A stretch of 64,000 nucleotides of DNA from an uncultured Acidobacteriota bacterium (GTDB lineage: Bacteria; Acidobacteriota; Terriglobia; Acidiferrales; UBA7541), in assembly GCA_963843265.1 (NCBI GenBank), contig CAWJJR010000010.1:83141-147140 (forward strand), read 5' to 3'. Both the position numbers and the translations under genes were made by a program. This document shows, piece after piece, positions 16,940 to 26,245 of this stretch. Below the pieces are notes generated by a model, which saw nothing but the letters and a program-made list of their open reading frames with translations, was not told the DNA's origin and made no database searches. Each line of letters opens with the position of its first letter. Within the stretch, counting starts at the first letter, position 1.

Positions 16940-18434
16940 CCTGAATTCCTAAATTGAATTGCACTGTTTTGCCCTAAGTCGGTTAAGTTTCAGTTGGTTG
17001 AAAGAAACGCCGAGGAGGACAAAACAGTGCACTGGCAAATTACCGCTCTTTGGGGCGGAAAAAAAGTGGAATTACGCGAAACCCAGCGAGCCGTCACCCC
17101 CTTCGGTGGGCTGGTGGTGTTCTTGGAGTTTCTGCGGCATGTTGGCTATCGCGAGGCCGTGAGCAAGTATCTACCGTTTCGTCTTACTTCCCCCAATGCC
17201 ATCGATCCGGTGGAGACATTCACGGCTTTCTTACTCTCGGTGGTAGCCGGAGCGCGGCGCTTCGCACATACAAGTTTGCTGCGTGCCGACGTGGCCTTGC
17301 ACGCCGTGCTGGGGATCTCGCGCTTTCCGGTCGATGACACCATTCGCAACCTTTTCAAACGCTTCGGTCAGGGACAGTGCCAGCGTTTTTTCTCCGGCTT
17401 GTGGAGTTGGCAGCTGGAGCGGCTTCCGGGATGTTCGCCGGGATATAGTCTGGATTTGGATTCCACGGTGTTCGAGCGCTACGGGCGGCAGCAGGGTGCG
17501 TTGCGCGGACCGAACCCGCGCAAGCATGGGCGGCCCTCGCATCATCCCCTGGTGGCGGTGCTGGCCGAGTCGCACTTTCTGCTGCACGGCTGGTTGCGGA
17601 GCGGGGACTGTGGCACGGCCCGTGGCGTAGTGGAATTTCTCAAGGAAGCCCTGGCGCTGTTGCCGGAAAAACATGCCCTTCGCGTGGTGCGCGCCGACGC
17701 CGGCTTTTTTGACCAGCAATTACTGGGTTTTCTCGAGCAGCGTGGGTTGTCTTACATCATCGTGGCACGGCTGACGCTCTGGCTGAAGCGCGAGGCCGCA
17801 CGCATCACCACGTGGCGCGCGCTGGACGCAAATTACGCTGCGGGTGAATTCCATTTGCAACTTTTCGGCTGGGACCGCCCACGCCGCTTCGTGGTGATCC
17901 GCGAGCGGCTGCGTGCCGAGCGCCCCTCGCTGGGAAGAAAACTGCTCGATGTTCCCGGCTACACCTTCCGCATCTTCGTCAGTAATCTCGCGCTCCCGCC
18001 GGAAGAGCTCTGGCGCGACTATAACCACCGGGCGGACATGGAAAATCGCATCGCCGAATTGAAACACGATTTGGGCGCCGATGATTTTTGTATGCAGGAG
18101 TTCTTCGCCACCGAAGCAGCCTTCCGCAGCATCCTGCTACTGTTCAATCTGCTTGGAGAATTCCAGCGCGCTAGTGGCTGTAAAACCTATCGCCAGCCGG
18201 CCACGCTGCGCGCGCAAGTTTTTCTTTGCGGTGCTCTGCTCGGCCGGGCCGGCCACCGCTTGGTGCTGCATTTGTCGGCTTCCTGGGGTGGCCTCAAACC
18301 ACGTATCCCGCTGCTGGAAAACATCTTATCCTACGGTGTCCCAACTTCGCCGAAGTTGCATTCTGGGCTCGCGACTTGAGCCCAAAATCCATCAATGAGT
18401 CTCTATGAAACTACCTTCAACTTCGGATTTCAGG
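16940..18434 (+). mobile_element. IS1380-family insertion sequence, apparently intact
   Basis: IRL 16940-16958 CCTGAATTCCTAAATTGAA versus the reverse complement of IRR 18416-18434 CCTGAAATCCGAAGTTGAA (16/19 identical). Flanked by the direct repeat TTTAT (16935-16939 and 18435-18439). Single transposase ORF. Confidence 0.85.
16994..18379 (+). CDS. IS1380-family DDE transposase
   Basis: 461 aa; FGGLVVFLEFL..., YSLDLDSTVFERYG, RADAGFF and YNHRADMENRIAELK match the IS1380/IS4-like DDE layout. TTG start, uncertain. Confidence 0.88.
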   Translation: MVERNAEEDKTVHWQITALWGGKKVELRETQRAVTPFGGLVVFLEFLRHVGYREAVSKYLPFRLTSPNAIDPVETFTAFLLSVVAGARRFAHTSLLRADVALHAVLGISRFPVDDTIRNLFKRFGQGQCQRFFSGLWSWQLERLPGCSPGYSLDLDSTVFERYGRQQGALRGPNPRKHGRPSHHPLVAVLAESHFLLHGWLRSGDCGTARGVVEFLKEALALLPEKHALRVVRADAGFFDQQLLGFLEQRGLSYIIVARLTLWLKREAARITTWRALDANYAAGEFHLQLFGWDRPRRFVVIRERLRAERPSLGRKLLDVPGYTFRIFVSNLALPPEELWRDYNHRADMENRIAELKHDLGADDFCMQEFFATEAAFRSILLLFNLLGEFQRASGCKTYRQPATLRAQVFLCGALLGRAGHRLVLHLSASWGGLKPRIPLLENILSYGVPTSPKLHSGLAT

Positions 18435-18438
18435 TTTA

Positions 18439-18948
18439 TCAGGGCTCAGACTCATCTTCGGCTTTGGATTCCTCAAGAGATTCGCGGACGGGAGATGCAA
18501 ATTCCTCAACAAATAAACCAAGTTCAACAGCCCGTGCTTGAGATATGGGGCAGGGGTGCGGCACGCCGACATACATATAGTAGTCCCACCCAAAATGGAC
18601 GAAGCAATTACTTCCTTCTAACCGACAATAGATCTCCTCCCGCAAGGTCCGGCGAATTATTTCTCCAATTCGGTCCAATGGCAGCACACTGTCGTTATCA
18701 GAGTCGAGTGGCTGGTTTGAACGATTCTCAATTCCTGCGACTTTTATCGAGGATAGGCCACTCTCGCGAAGAAAGCTAAATGCCGCCTGTATGTACGCTT
18801 CCTCGACGCGCTCGTATTCCTCGCGAGTGAACAGAACACCCGAGTATGTTTTTCCGATGTCCTTGAACCTGATCCATTCCGGCCTCGCGTAATGTCCCAG
18901 CTGGTCGCGAAATGCTGGATTGTATTTTGTGACTCGATACTCGTTCAT
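18439..18948 (-). CDS. hypothetical protein with acidic C-terminal tail
   Basis: 169 aa with coding-like composition. Lies 20 nt downstream of etfA on the same strand. No family recognised. Tail ESLEESKAEDESEP. Confidence 0.55.
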   Translation of the reverse strand: MNEYRVTKYNPAFRDQLGHYARPEWIRFKDIGKTYSGVLFTREEYERVEEAYIQAAFSFLRESGLSSIKVAGIENRSNQPLDSDNDSVLPLDRIGEIIRRTLREEIYCRLEGSNCFVHFGWDYYMYVGVPHPCPISQARAVELGLFVEEFASPVRESLEESKAEDESEP

Positions 18949-18967
18949 GGGAGCCTGCGAGGCGAGG

Positions 18968-19957
18968 TTAGGAGGATTTGGATTTTTCCAGGGCTTCGGT
19001 TAGGGCGGGCATGATTTCGAAAATGTCGGCGACTACGCCGTAGTCGGCGATTTCGAAGATGGGGGCGTTGGCGTCTTTGTTGATGGCGACGATGGTGCGT
19101 GCGCCTTTCATGCCGACGACGTGCTGGATGGCGCCGCTGATGCCGAGGGCGAGATAGAGTTTGGGAGCGACGGTTTGGCCGGAGCTGCCGATTTGGCGCT
19201 CCATGGGGAGCCAGCCTTCGTCGCAGATGGGGCGGGAGGCGGCGATTTCTCCGCCGATGGCGCGGGCGAGGGCTTCGGCTTGGGGAATATTTTCGGGGGC
19301 TTTGATGCCGCGGCCGATGGAGACGATGATGGGGGCTTGCGTGAGGTCGACGGCGGATTTGGCTTCCTTGAAAAGGTCGAGAGGCTTGGTGCGGATTTGG
19401 TCGGCGCCGAGAGTGACGGCGAAATTGTTGATGGGAGCTTTGCCCGAGGGATGCGCGGCCAGGAGATCGGCGCGGAAGGCTCCGGATTGGAAGGAAGCGA
19501 ACCACGGGGCGGCGCCCTGGAAGGTGACGTCGGCGGCGGTTTTGCCCTGGAACATTTGGCGGACGAAGATGAGTTTGCCGGATTCGTGGCGGTAGGCGAT
19601 GCAGTCGCCGATCATGCCTTTGCCGAGGCTGGCGGCGAGTTTGGGAGCGAAATCGCGGACTTGGTAGGTGTGGGGGAAGAGGACTAGGTCAAGCTTGGCG
19701 GAGTCGATGACTTGCTTGAGCGCGATGCAGAAGGCGTCGGGCGTGTAGGATTCGAGGAGGTCGTGTTCGACTTGTAGGACTTCGGCGACGTTTTTGGCGG
19801 AGAGCTCATTTGCGAATGCAGAGACGCCTTTGCCGATGACGAGCACGCTGACGGTGCTCGACGTGTCTTTTGCGATTTGCTGGGCGGCAGCCAGAGTTTC
19901 GAAGCTGGCGTTGTTCCACTTGGATTGGCGGAGTTCGGTTACGACCAGGATTTTCAT
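18968..19957 (-). CDS. etfA: electron transfer flavoprotein subunit alpha
   Basis: 329 aa; the C-terminal FAD-binding region [27 protein letters not shown] is the EtfA signature. Confidence 0.93.
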   Translation of the reverse strand: MKILVVTELRQSKWNNASFETLAAAQQIAKDTSSTVSVLVIGKGVSAFANELSAKNVAEVLQVEHDLLESYTPDAFCIALKQVIDSAKLDLVLFPHTYQVRDFAPKLAASLGKGMIGDCIAYRHESGKLIFVRQMFQGKTAADVTFQGAAPWFASFQSGAFRADLLAAHPSGKAPINNFAVTLGADQIRTKPLDLFKEAKSAVDLTQAPIIVSIGRGIKAPENIPQAEALARAIGGEIAASRPICDEGWLPMERQIGSSGQTVAPKLYLALGISGAIQHVVGMKGARTIVAINKDANAPIFEIADYGVVADIFEIMPALTEALEKSKSS

Positions 19958-20044
19958 TGCGCCTTCCTTTTCACGCTTCCTTGACGCGAGACGAAGAGAG
20001 ATTTCTCGCTCCGCTCGAAATGACAGTATTTGGGATCTGATTGC

Positions 20045-20809
20045 CTAAATTACACGGGCTTCGAACTTCAATTTTTCGACTAGCTTTGTTGCGACTTCTT
20101 TGGGCGTGCCGGTCAGAAATTCGGTTTTTTTGGTTTTTGTGGGGATGTAGATTTTTTCGATTTTTTGCGTTAGTTCGTGCTGAATGGCGAGGGATTCGCG
20201 GGTGATGGTCGAAATTTCTTTTTTCTTGGCGGCCATGATGCCTTTAAGCGTGGCGTAGCGGACTTTGTTGATGCCGGACTGGATGGAAAGAACGGCGGGG
20301 AGCGGGCACTCGATGTGCTGGAACCAGCCGGCTTCGAGTTCGCGCTTGAGCTTCATTTTGTCGCCGGCGACTTCGATGGCCATGATGATGGTGGCATGAG
20401 GGCGATCGAGAAGCGCGGCGAGGAGGACGCCGGTTTGGCCAAAGCCGTGGTCGTCGCTTTGGAGGCCGGTTAGGACGAGGTGGGGATTTTCTTTGGCGAT
20501 GGCGGCGGAGAGGGATTTTGCGGAACCCAGGGGATCGAGTTGTGCGAAATTGTCGTCGGCGATGTGGATGCCGCGGTCGGCGCCTTTCGCGAGGGCTTCC
20601 TTGATCGTTTGCTTGACGCGCTCGGGACCCATGGAAAGGGCGATGACTTCGCCGCCGTGTTTTTCTTTGAGACGGAGGGCTTCTTCGAGGGCATAGCTGT
20701 CGGGTTCGTTCATTTCGAAGCCGATGTCGGATTCCTTGATCCAGTTTCCGGCGATGGAGAGCGGGGCGTCTTTGGCGGGGACTTGTTTGATGCAGACGAT
20801 GATTTTCAC
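20045..20809 (-). CDS. etfB: electron transfer flavoprotein subunit beta
   Basis: 254 aa; MKIIVCIKQVP start and an overall EtfB layout. Located directly upstream of etfA. Confidence 0.93.
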   Translation of the reverse strand: MKIIVCIKQVPAKDAPLSIAGNWIKESDIGFEMNEPDSYALEEALRLKEKHGGEVIALSMGPERVKQTIKEALAKGADRGIHIADDNFAQLDPLGSAKSLSAAIAKENPHLVLTGLQSDDHGFGQTGVLLAALLDRPHATIIMAIEVAGDKMKLKRELEAGWFQHIECPLPAVLSIQSGINKVRYATLKGIMAAKKKEISTITRESLAIQHELTQKIEKIYIPTKTKKTEFLTGTPKEVATKLVEKLKFEARVI

Positions 20810-20916
20810 GAGAATTTTCCTTACCGGGCGTTCTGGGAACTTGGTGGAATCATTATACCTGCTTACGATTGTTAGTTACTAACGATATTGGCTGAGCCTC
20901 ACGATGAGTAAACGAC

Positions 20917-21004
20917 TGGCCGGTCTAAAGATCGGCCACTACAACGGTTGCAAAACGCGATTCGATCGCAGCGGCGGTGCGGCTGCACAGACTGAAGTCT
21001 GTGC
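20917..21004. repeat. composite palindromic element, copy A (3' of fabF)
   Basis: Hairpin tggccg/cggcca (20917-20938), box ACGGTTGC (20944-20951), and the perfect palindrome GCACAGAC-TGAA-GTCTGTGC (20985-21004). Confidence 0.8.
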
Positions 21005-21007
21005 TAC

Positions 21008-22252
21008 TTACTGGCCGGACCATCGCTTGAAAATCAGGGCGGCGTTGGTACCGCCGAAACCGAAAGAGTTGGAGAGCGCGTATTCGACGGAGGCTTTGCG
21101 AGCTACGTTGGGAACGTAGTCGAGGTCGCACTCGGGATCGGGAACTTCCAGATTGATGGTGGGCGGCAAAATCTGGTCGCGCAGGGCGAGGACACTGATG
21201 CCAGCTTCGAGGCCGCCGGCGCCGCCGAGGAGATGGCCGGTCATGGATTTTGTCGAGCTGATGGGGACATTTTTCACGTAGTCGCCGAAAACCCTTTTGA
21301 GGGCGCGCGTTTCGATCACGTCGCCGAGCGGCGTGGAGGTGCCGTGGGCGTTGACGTAGCCGATGTCTTCGGGCTGGAGCTTGGCGTCCTTGATGGCGGC
21401 GCGCATGACGCGGTAGGCGCCGTCGCCGTCGGAGGCGGGCTGCGTGATGTGGTAGGCGTCGCCGGACATGCCGTAGCCTACGATTTCGGCAAGGATGGGG
21501 GCGTTGCGCTTTTGCGCGTGCTCGAGGGATTCGAGGATCAGAATTCCAGCGCCTTCGCCGACAACGAAACCGTCGCGGCCAGAGTCGAACGGGCGGCTGG
21601 CGTGGGCGGGATCGTCATTGCGAGTGGAGAGAGCTTTCATCGCAGCAAAACCGCCGATGCCCATCGGAGTCACGGTGGCTTCGGTGCCGCCGCAGATCAT
21701 CATATCAGCGGCGCCACGTTCGATGATTTTGAAGGAATCGCCGATGGCGTGCGCCGAAGCGGAGCAGGCGGTGGCGGTGGCGGAATTCGGGCCCTTGGCG
21801 CCGTAGCGAATCGAGATGTGGCCCGAAGCGAGATTGACGATGGCGGACGGAATGAAAAAGGGAGAGATTCTGCTGGGGCCGCCTTCGACTAATTTCCTGT
21901 GCTCGCGCTCGATGATGTCGAAACCGCCGATGCCGGAGGAGACGTAGACGCCGACTTCGTCGAGGTCGGAATCCTCGGGTTTCCAGTTGGCGGATTTTAC
22001 GGCGAAGTCCGCGCCGGCGAGGGCCACCTGGATGAAGCGGCCCATTTTTTTCAGTTCTTTTTTCTCGATCCAGCGGAAGGGATCGAAGTTTTTGATTTCG
22101 CCGGCGATGGTGCAATCAAAACCAGTGGTATCGAACTGCGTGATCGTGCCGACACCACTCACGCCAGCGAGGAGATTTTTCCAGGATTCCTCCGTGCCGA
22201 TGCCCAGCGCGCAGACAAGTCCAACACCCGTAACGACTACCCGGCGAGTCAA
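21008..22252 (-). CDS. fabF: beta-ketoacyl-ACP synthase II
   Basis: 414 aa; active-site contexts ATACSASAHAIG, NAHGTSTPLGD and KSMTGHLLGGAG. Confidence 0.96.
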   Translation of the reverse strand: MTRRVVVTGVGLVCALGIGTEESWKNLLAGVSGVGTITQFDTTGFDCTIAGEIKNFDPFRWIEKKELKKMGRFIQVALAGADFAVKSANWKPEDSDLDEVGVYVSSGIGGFDIIEREHRKLVEGGPSRISPFFIPSAIVNLASGHISIRYGAKGPNSATATACSASAHAIGDSFKIIERGAADMMICGGTEATVTPMGIGGFAAMKALSTRNDDPAHASRPFDSGRDGFVVGEGAGILILESLEHAQKRNAPILAEIVGYGMSGDAYHITQPASDGDGAYRVMRAAIKDAKLQPEDIGYVNAHGTSTPLGDVIETRALKRVFGDYVKNVPISSTKSMTGHLLGGAGGLEAGISVLALRDQILPPTINLEVPDPECDLDYVPNVARKASVEYALSNSFGFGGTNAALIFKRWSGQ

Positions 22253-22290
22253 AGCTTTAATGCTCCCTGTTGAGGTGATAATTTCGTGGC

Positions 22291-22533
22291 TTACTTTCCC
22301 TTGGCGTGCTTATCGATGTAGTCCACGGCGTCTTTTACCGTGGTCATCTTTTCGGCGTCTTCGTCGGGGACTTCTATGCCGAAAGCTTCCTCGAACGCCA
22401 TCACCAATTCGACCTGATCGAGGGAATCCGCCCCGAGGTCGTCCACGAAGGACGCCGTCGGCGTGACTTCGGCTTCATCGACGCCGAGCTGCTCGACGAT
22501 AATTTGTTTAACGCGCTCTTCCACACTGGCCAT
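22291..22533 (-). CDS. acpP: acyl carrier protein
   Basis: 80 aa; [17 protein letters not shown] with the phosphopantetheine serine (DSL). Confidence 0.96.
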   Translation of the reverse strand: MASVEERVKQIIVEQLGVDEAEVTPTASFVDDLGADSLDQVELVMAFEEAFGIEVPDEDAEKMTTVKDAVDYIDKHAKGK

Positions 22534-22671
22534 TCCGGTGTCCTCCGCGATTTGCTATCGCTTTTTGTGCATCGACGTACACTAACAGTTTATCGGCCCC
22601 AATGCCGTGGTACGGACTCGAAAATCGTCAATCAGGCAACCTGCCCATTCTAGACAGGCCTTGCGGCAAGG

Positions 22672-23007
22672 TCAACTTTGCTGAGTGTCCGAGGCCGCAA
22701 ATTTCGGCAGTCCGCAGTGAGCGCATTTCCGCGCAAACATCATGCCCTGGTGATACCACCACTTGGAGCTAAATTGCTTGCCGCAACGAGGGCATGGGCA
22801 ATATTGAGCCTGATAGGAAGTAATCACCGACGCAAAGAACCAACAGAGTAGTACTGCTCCCCACATCCAGGATAGAACGGTATCCTCGTGAACCAAGCTC
22901 GAAATCCCCCGAATGATTAAAGAAGCCGGCAAAATTGAGAAAGCGACGATGATGAAGCGATTCCGTCGCCGTTTGTATCGCTGCCACGCATCTCTGTAAT
23001 CCGCCAA
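22672..23007 (-). CDS. small membrane protein with C-terminal zinc-ribbon-like CxxC pairs
   Basis: 111 aa with two TM segments, then CPCPRCGKQF...CAHCGLP. Sits between fabG and acpP and is visibly more AT-rich than its neighbours. Confidence 0.55.
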   Translation of the reverse strand: MADYRDAWQRYKRRRNRFIIVAFSILPASLIIRGISSLVHEDTVLSWMWGAVLLCWFFASVITSYQAQYCPCPRCGKQFSSKWWYHQGMMFARKCAHCGLPKFAASDTQQS

Positions 23008-23032
23008 GGTAGTCTCGCAAGGGTGAGCCGGT

Positions 23033-23779
23033 CTAGGCCAAATAGAGGCCGCCGTTGACGTCGAGGACGTGGCCGGTGATGTAGGCGGCTTCGTCGCTCG
23101 CCAGGAAAACGATGGCGCTGGCTACGTCGCGGGCTGAGCCCATGCGGCCTAGCGGGATACGAGTTTTCAGCGAGGCTTTTACATCCTCGGAAAGAACGTC
23201 GGTCATGGGAGTGGCGATGAAGCCGGGGGCGACGGCGTTGACGGTGATGTTGCGCGAGGCGATTTCGATGGCAATGGCTTTGGTGAGGCCGACTAGGCCG
23301 GCTTTGGCGGCGACGTAGTTGGCCTGGCCTGCGTTGCCCATTTCGGCGACGACGCTGGAGATGTTGATGATGCGGCCGGCGCGGGCGCGCATCATCGTCG
23401 AGAGAGCCTGTTGGATGCAGAGGTGGGCGCCGGTCAAGTTGGTGCGAATTACGGCGTCCCAGTCGTCCTGCTTCATGCGGAGCGCAAGGCCATCGCGAGT
23501 GATGGCGGCGTTGTTGACGAGAATGTCGAGGCGGGCGAATTTTTCCAGTGTTTGCTTGAAGCCGGATTTGATTTGCTCGGGGTCGGCGACGTCCATTTTG
23601 ATGGCGATGGCTTCGCCACCGGCGTTTACGATTTCGTTGACGAGAGAGGCGAGTTTCTCTTCGTTGCGGGCGGCGGCGGCGACTTTGGCTCCGGCTTCGG
23701 ATAGAGCTAGCGCGGTTTCGCGGCCGATGCCTTGGCTGGCGCCGGTGACTAGGGCTACTTTGTCTTTCAGGCTGAACAT
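23033..23779 (-). CDS. fabG: 3-oxoacyl-ACP reductase
   Basis: 248 aa SDR; VALVTGASQGIGR, NNAAI and the catalytic YVAAKAG. Confidence 0.95.
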   Translation of the reverse strand: MFSLKDKVALVTGASQGIGRETALALSEAGAKVAAAARNEEKLASLVNEIVNAGGEAIAIKMDVADPEQIKSGFKQTLEKFARLDILVNNAAITRDGLALRMKQDDWDAVIRTNLTGAHLCIQQALSTMMRARAGRIINISSVVAEMGNAGQANYVAAKAGLVGLTKAIAIEIASRNITVNAVAPGFIATPMTDVLSEDVKASLKTRIPLGRMGSARDVASAIVFLASDEAAYITGHVLDVNGGLYLA

Positions 23780-23844
23780 CTTTTCCCCTGTGCTTACCTT
23801 TTCCTGTGCTTACTTTTTACCGGATTGAAGATTTAACCCCAAGA

Positions 23845-23952
23845 CCCACCTTCACAAAACGAAGGTGGGGCACCCTTCTTACGGTTGCGACTTACGCCAA
23901 TCGGACACATCTAGCAAACTCGTTTGACCGGGCACAGACTGAAGTCTGTGCC
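23845..23952. repeat. composite palindromic element, copy B (between fabD and fabG)
   Basis: Hairpin cccaccttc/gaaggtggg (23845-23869), box ACGGTTGC (23881-23888), and the palindrome GGCACAGAC-TGAA-GTCTGTGCC (23931-23952). Confidence 0.8.
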
Positions 23953-23955
23953 ACC

Positions 23956-24909
23956 TCAGGCCGCATCGGAACGGGCGCCAGCTATTTTTTCTAGCGTGGC
24001 GGCTAAACTTTTTTCGTCTTCGACGTTGAGCGTGGCTACGGAGCGCTCGATTTGGCGCAAGAGGCCGGTTAGGACACGGCCTGGACCGACTTCGACGAAG
24101 GTGTTAACGCCTTCATCGATCAGGAGGCGGACGGATTCTTGCCAGCGGACGGGCATGGTCACTTGGCGGATTAGGCCTTCGCGGGCTTCGTCGCCGCTGG
24201 TGATGGTGTCAGCGTCGACGTTGGTGACCAGAGGAACGGATAAATTTGAAAATGGCGTTTTCTTCAAATCTTCGGCGAGGCGCTCCTGCGCGGGCATCAT
24301 GAGGGCGGAATGGAACGGAGCGGAGACGGGAAGGATTACGGCGCGTTTGGCGCCTAGCTGGGAGGCGATTTCGACGGCGCGTTTGACGGCCGCGGCGTGG
24401 CCGGAGATTACCGTTTGTTCGGGAGAATTCAGATTGGCGGCGGAGCAGATTTCGCCATCGGCGGCGCGCTTGCAGGCATCGGCTACGACTGCGGGCGAGA
24501 GGCCCATGATGGCGGCCATGGCGCCAACGCCTGCAGGCACGGCTTCCTGCATGTAGGTGCCGCGCTTGCGGACGAGCTGGACGGCGTCGGAAAATTTTAA
24601 TGCGCCGGTGGCGACGAGCGCCGAATATTCGCCGAGACTGTGACCGGCGACAAAGTCGGGAGTGAGGCCTCTTTCGGCGACGACGCGGTAGACCGCGACG
24701 GAACAGGTGAGAATGGCTGGTTGGGTGTTGGCGGTGAGCTTGAGCTCGTCTTCGGTGCCCTCGAAGCAGATTTTGGAGATAGAGAAACCGAGAACCTTAT
24801 CGGCTTCTTCGAAGACGGCGCGGGCGGACGGATATTTGTCGGCGAGTTCTTTGCCCATGCCGGGGTACTGCGACGCTTGACCTGGAAATACAAATGCGAC
24901 TTTGCCCAT
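23956..24909 (-). CDS. fabD: malonyl-CoA:ACP transacylase
   Basis: Starts MGKVAFVFPGQASQYPGMG (ATG 24909, preceded by gagagga). Active site GHSLGEYSAL. The longer 379-aa track ORF adds an implausible N-terminus. Confidence 0.95.
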   Translation of the reverse strand: MGKVAFVFPGQASQYPGMGKELADKYPSARAVFEEADKVLGFSISKICFEGTEDELKLTANTQPAILTCSVAVYRVVAERGLTPDFVAGHSLGEYSALVATGALKFSDAVQLVRKRGTYMQEAVPAGVGAMAAIMGLSPAVVADACKRAADGEICSAANLNSPEQTVISGHAAAVKRAVEIASQLGAKRAVILPVSAPFHSALMMPAQERLAEDLKKTPFSNLSVPLVTNVDADTITSGDEAREGLIRQVTMPVRWQESVRLLIDEGVNTFVEVGPGRVLTGLLRQIERSVATLNVEDEKSLAATLEKIAGARSDAA

Positions 24910-24931
24910 CGTCAATTCCTCTCTTGAGCCG

Positions 24932-25939
24932 TCATGCGAGAACGCTCGCGGCCGAGAGCTCCTGTTCGATTTTTTCGTTGATGCGGGCGCGGGAAAGACC
25001 CGCAGCCACGCGGATGGCGTTTTTGACGGCTTTGGCGTTGGAGCGGCCATGGCCGATGACGCAAACGCCACGAACACCCAAAAGGGGCGCGCCACCGTAC
25101 TCGGTGTAGTCGATCGTTTTCTTTAAGCCCTTCAAGGCGCCGCGCGAAAAAAGAAAGCCAACCTGCGAAGCGAGCGAGCTTTGGATGGATTTTTTCAGCA
25201 AGCCAAAAATCTGGACAGCGAGGCCTTCGCAGATTTTCAGAGCGATGTTACCGACGAAACCATCGCTCACGATAACGTCGACATTACCGGAGAAGAGATC
25301 TCCGCCTTCGACGTTGCCAACGAAGTGGACGGGAAGCTTTTTCAAACGCGTGTAGACCTCTCGCGTGAGTTCATTGCCTTTGATTTCTTCCTCGCCGACG
25401 GACAAAAGGCCGACGCGAGGACGGCGGTTGCCGAAGGTGGCGCGGTAATAGATTTCGCCCATCACCGCGAATTGCACCAAGTGCTCGGGCTTGGAATCGA
25501 CATTGGCCCCGACGTCGAGAAGCACGGAAACGCCGCCTTTAGCGTTCGGGAAAGGCGCAGCGAGCGCTACCCGATCGACGGATTCCAAAGTGCCGAGTAA
25601 AAATCTTGCGACGGTCATCACCGCGCCGGTGTTTCCGGCACTGACGAAGCCGTCGGCTTTAGCTTCACGCACGAGCCGCGCCGCGACATGGACCGAGCTA
25701 TCTTTCTTGCGCCGAAAAGCTTGCGCCGGGTGATCTTCCATGGAGATCACTTCGCTTGCCGGAACGATCTCGATGGGCAAGCTGGGCGCCGCATGCTTCG
25801 CCAACTCCGCGCGCACCACATTCGGCTGACCGACCAGCATGACGCGCACGCCCAATTCACGGGCAGCCAGGACACTGCCTTCAACCTCGGGGCGGGGCGC
25901 GTTGTCTCCGCCCATGGCGTCAACGGCGATGGTGATCAT
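24932..25939 (-). CDS. plsX: phosphate acyltransferase
   Basis: 335 aa; MITIAVDAMGGDNAP N-terminus typical of PlsX. Synteny rpmF-plsX-fabD. Confidence 0.95.
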   Translation of the reverse strand: MITIAVDAMGGDNAPRPEVEGSVLAARELGVRVMLVGQPNVVRAELAKHAAPSLPIEIVPASEVISMEDHPAQAFRRKKDSSVHVAARLVREAKADGFVSAGNTGAVMTVARFLLGTLESVDRVALAAPFPNAKGGVSVLLDVGANVDSKPEHLVQFAVMGEIYYRATFGNRRPRVGLLSVGEEEIKGNELTREVYTRLKKLPVHFVGNVEGGDLFSGNVDVIVSDGFVGNIALKICEGLAVQIFGLLKKSIQSSLASQVGFLFSRGALKGLKKTIDYTEYGGAPLLGVRGVCVIGHGRSNAKAVKNAIRVAAGLSRARINEKIEQELSAASVLA

Positions 25940-26006
25940 GGGATTTATCCGACCGCTCTAGATGGGCCGCCAATTCCTGGACGGGACCCAAGGGAAAAGG
26001 GCGGCG

Positions 26007-26186
26007 TCAGGCAGACTTGTCTTGCACAGCTCGGCCTTTATAGTAGCCGCAGTGCGGACAGGCTTGGTGCGGCTGCTTGGTTTCGTGGCAATTCGGGCAT
26101 TCGCCGAGCGCCGGCTTTTCCAGGAAATCATGGGCTCGCCGGGTGCTCGTGCGTCGCTTCGAATGCCGTCTTTTTGGGTTAGGCAT
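26007..26186 (-). CDS. rpmF: 50S ribosomal protein L32
   Basis: 59 aa: MPNPKRRHSKRRTSTRRAH...CPNCHETKQPHQACPHCGYY. The internal ATG at 26186 of the 106-aa track ORF is used. Confidence 0.93.
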   Translation of the reverse strand: MPNPKRRHSKRRTSTRRAHDFLEKPALGECPNCHETKQPHQACPHCGYYKGRAVQDKSA

Positions 26187-26245
26187 AGCAATACTCCTCG
26201 TTGCCGCCTCAGTGGGCGGATTGTATGGGCTTTTGGCCCTGGAAA

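Noticed and set aside
20904-23994. Two small plus-strand ORFs (20904-21119 and 23806-23994) sharing the peptide AQTEVCAT
   Set aside because: The shared peptide is just the translation of the repeated palindromic DNA element. The rest of the two ORFs is unrelated, so the repeat is nucleic-acid-level rather than coding.
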